From positions 67,322 to 97,638 of the IMG/VR virus record IMGVR_UViG_3300042301_002383: DNA of 30,317 bases, one strand, 5' to 3'. Below, piece after piece: positions 28,470 through 30,317 of the stretch. Positions within the stretch are counted from its first letter, which is position 1. Every line of letters begins with the position of its first letter. The notes beneath the pieces were generated by a model. The model did no database searches and was not told the DNA's origin. It worked only from the letters and a program-made list of their open reading frames with translations. This DNA is from a virus. Its lineage: Duplodnaviria > Heunggongvirae > Uroviricota > Caudoviricetes. The translations under genes were made by a program, and so were the position numbers.

Positions 28470-28478
28470 ATAAATACC
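28470..28478 (-). promoter_or_regulatory. GGTATTTAT motif upstream of the ATP-grasp-Hint gene
   Basis: Lies 18 nt upstream of the ATG at 28451 and has the same core as the motifs at 1233 and 12789. Confidence 0.45.
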
Positions 28479-28693
28479 TATTTTTTATCTTTTAATCCAA
28501 ATTTTATCCATCTATACCATATCCTTTCGTGAATATAATATTGTATTGGTTTATATATTAATTCAGCCACGCCAAATGCTGTACCTACCTTTATTGACCC
28601 ACTAATCCACCACATTAATAAGAACCCTATTAAGGTGCTTACGATTCGATATGAAACGGTTTTGGCTATGTGTCTCTTACGTTCTACCATCAT
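28478..28693 (-). CDS. DUF2061-type small membrane protein
   Basis: HIAKTVSYRIVST...hydrophobic...YYIHERIW. This family is often found with APS kinase genes. Confidence 0.75.
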   Translation of the reverse strand: MMVERKRHIAKTVSYRIVSTLIGFLLMWWISGSIKVGTAFGVAELIYKPIQYYIHERIWYRWIKFGLKDKK

Positions 28694-29073
28694 TATCCTT
28701 TTGTTTGATCATATTTAATTTCACCATCAGGTGTCATGTGACCAGTTCTAATGGCTGTTCCGCTTATTACCGCCACATCCGCTGGTGGCTCATGATAAAT
28801 TACATCATAACCAACACCTCTACCGTAATTAACCGATTCAATATCCGGAATAATTGATAATAAAATCTTATCAAAATTCTCATTAAAAAATGGTTCTTGA
28901 ATTAACATTTGAAAAACCTCTTGGGCTGTCTTTGGATTGTTCTCATCAACTTCAACATCTCTAATAGCCACCCATACGTTCTTATCTTGGTCCATTTGTT
29001 GGCGAATCAACCATTCGTGACCTTTGTGCCAATTTTGCCACCTACCGATGTACATTGCATATTTCTTACTCAT
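28693..29073 (-). CDS. HUP-fold (cytidyltransferase-like) nucleotidyltransferase
   Basis: YIGRWQNWHKGH (HxGH) and a C-terminal ISGTAIR. Confidence 0.8.
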   Translation of the reverse strand: MSKKYAMYIGRWQNWHKGHEWLIRQQMDQDKNVWVAIRDVEVDENNPKTAQEVFQMLIQEPFFNENFDKILLSIIPDIESVNYGRGVGYDVIYHEPPADVAVISGTAIRTGHMTPDGEIKYDQTKG

Positions 29074-29504
29074 AATGATAATTTTTTTAACAGTTCATAA
29101 TATGAATCCGTTTCGTTTTTTATTGTTGTGTCTATATCTATAAAATTTTCTAATGGGGGTTCATATTCCTCAACGTGGAATTCATTCCTACCCCTATCCT
29201 CTGTAGTGTGAACATAAATCTCAACAACTGATGTGCTGAACTTAAACGATTCTCTTTGGTCTCTATATGGTGAAACTAAGGATACAATAACATTGTGACC
29301 CTTACTATGCATAAATTGTGCAATATATTGTGCTCTTTGAATGTTTAATCTTCTTCCTGTGATGGAATAGTCTTTATTCTTAAAGATGTCTCTTAGGTCA
29401 TCCCCATCGATGTGAATAACCTCATCTTTAGGGAAATATTCCACCAAGTATTTCGCTAGGGTTGTTTTACCTGCACCGGGCTGTCCTGTTAACCAATATA
29501 TCAT
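29070..29504 (-). CDS. cysC: Adenylyl-sulfate (APS) kinase
   Basis: YWLTGQPGAGKTT (P-loop), IDGDDLR, YS..GR..NI, VSLVSPY...R, YEPP. Confidence 0.85.
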   Translation of the reverse strand: MIYWLTGQPGAGKTTLAKYLVEYFPKDEVIHIDGDDLRDIFKNKDYSITGRRLNIQRAQYIAQFMHSKGHNVIVSLVSPYRDQRESFKFSTSVVEIYVHTTEDRGRNEFHVEEYEPPLENFIDIDTTIKNETDSYYELLKKLSL

Positions 29505-29513
29505 ATTACCATT

Positions 29514-29542
29514 AATATACTCAATATATTTGAAAATATCAA
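29514..29542 (-). promoter_or_regulatory. sigma70-like promoter TTGATA-N17-TATATT
   Basis: -35 at 29537-29542 and -10 at 29514-29519 with a 17-nt spacer, upstream of the cysC ATG at 29504. Confidence 0.6.
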
Positions 29543-29549
29543 ATATATT
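29523..29549. repeat. Perfect 11-bp inverted repeat AATATATTTGA-aaata-TCAAATATATT
   Basis: Arms at 29523-29533 and 29539-29549, overlapping the -35 and spacer of the cysC promoter. Confidence 0.75.
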
Positions 29550-29567
29550 TAAATAATTTTTATCATA

Positions 29568-29684
29568 TTAATGATTGTAAATAAACGGGTCTTTTTTACG
29601 TAATTCTTCTAATTTTTTTTTAAAACGTTTTTTACGTTTATAATCTTCTATTTTTTCTAAAATCCATTTATATATCTTCTTCAT
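29568..29684 (-). CDS. 38-aa basic peptide, below the ORF-track threshold
   Basis: Manual translation: MKKIYKWILEKIEDYKRKKRFKKKLEELRKKDPFIYNH*. It starts 1 nt after the carbamoyltransferase stop. Confidence 0.6.
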   Translation of the reverse strand: MKKIYKWILEKIEDYKRKKRFKKKLEELRKKDPFIYNH

Positions 29685-29685
29685 A

Positions 29686-30317
29686 TTATTTATAAATTAA
29701 GTAATTGTCTATTATTAACAAATCAATATCCGTATTATTAAATGTATCAACCGCATCTTTTGGTGTTAATACCATTGTTTTATCTTTTACATTAAATGAC
29801 GTATTCAATAATATTGGATAACCGCTAAGTTTCTCAAACTCAACTAATAAATTATACATCATCGTATGTTTATAAACTGTTTGTATTCTTGCGGTTCCGT
29901 CAACATGTGTAACTGCGGGTAATTTATCCAAGTACTCATCTTTAACAGTAACCACTTGGTTCATGTATGGAACATCATCAGTTAAATTGAAGTATATGTG
30001 TTGTTTGTCTTTAATAACCATTGGTGCGAATGGTCTAAATTCTTCTCGTTTCTTTACGGTTTTATTAATCTTATCCTTCATACCAACAATTGTTGGGTTA
30101 GCTAAAATAGACCTATGACCTAAAGCTCTAGAACCAAATTCACAAGGTCCTTGATACCACCCAACGATTTTACCCTCGTTTAATTTTTTTGCAACATTTC
30201 TCACCATTGTTTCGGTGGAGTTAATTTTAAAATACCGTTTACCTTTGATGGCCGAAAGTATTTGGTTCTCATAAAAATATGGACCGATAAAAGGATTCTT
30301 ATTAATTCTACCGTTTA
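29686..30317 (-). CDS. Carbamoyltransferase (NodU/CmcH/TobZ family), C-terminal domain, 5'-truncated by the window
   Basis: Frame is open to the window edge (NPFIGP...), then GKIVGWYQG..EFGSRALGHRSILANP, VKKREEFRPFAP, AVTHVDGTARIQTV, ILLNTSFN. Confidence 0.92.
   Translation of the reverse strand, partial: NGRINKNPFIGPYFYENQILSAIKGKRYFKINSTETMVRNVAKKLNEGKIVGWYQGPCEFGSRALGHRSILANPTIVGMKDKINKTVKKREEFRPFAPMVIKDKQHIYFNLTDDVPYMNQVVTVKDEYLDKLPAVTHVDGTARIQTVYKHTMMYNLLVEFEKLSGYPILLNTSFNVKDKTMVLTPKDAVDTFNNTDIDLLIIDNYLIYK

Noticed and set aside
28448-28480. TAG recoding (read-through of the DUF2061 TAG would end at a TGA overlapping the next ATG)
   Set aside because: No long ORF in the window is interrupted by TAG or TGA and all genes tile under the standard code. 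The extra residues would also run through the GTATTTAT motif, so coincidence is more likely.
13042-29100. Short antisense ORFs inside the enzyme genes (e.g. 13042-13377, 14085-14312, 19315-19566, 25394-25714, 26493-26813)
   Set aside because: Fully overlapped by motif-bearing genes on the other strand, with no recognisable motifs of their own.
1-30317. tRNA, rRNA or intrinsic terminators
   Set aside because: Intergenic gaps are 73 bp or shorter, and I saw no cloverleaf or GC-rich hairpin followed by a U tract.

Overview
AT-rich, densely packed window that reads as part of a large tailed dsDNA phage genome (inference: fibre and LamG genes, tight gene overlaps, no housekeeping genes; host not determinable). 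All family calls are from motifs read by eye, with no database search run. Left half (478-13903): a virion fibre module with a 2585-aa fibre containing about 1,170 residues of proline-free Gly-X-Y (Ser/Thr/Ala) repeats and five copies of a 132-136-aa module, three LamG-type proteins, a glycine-rich protein and small accessory genes. Middle (13904-20024): multidomain glycosyl/methyltransferases, including a TibC/AAH-type protein O-glycosyltransferase with an intact 4-Cys iron-finger pattern. Right (20057-30317): one minus-strand run of tailoring enzymes (five 2OG-Fe(II) oxygenases, three sulfotransferase-like proteins, a radical SAM, an SGNH hydrolase, a Cys-rich protein, APS kinase, a HUP nucleotidyltransferase, DUF2061, a carbamoyltransferase). 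Best candidates for an undescribed system: (1) a 499-aa fusion of a circularly permuted ATP-grasp-like domain, a cleavage-only Hint domain and a 42-aa, 8-Cys C-terminal peptide; (2) a shared C-terminal tag (K-[T/S]-[L/I]-[I/L/F] or x-x-L-I) on 9 of the 11 consecutive proteins downstream, most of them unrelated to each other; (3) a TibC-like enzyme next to a Ser-rich fibre, suggesting virion fibre hyperglycosylation. Two classes of promoter-like motif are also visible.
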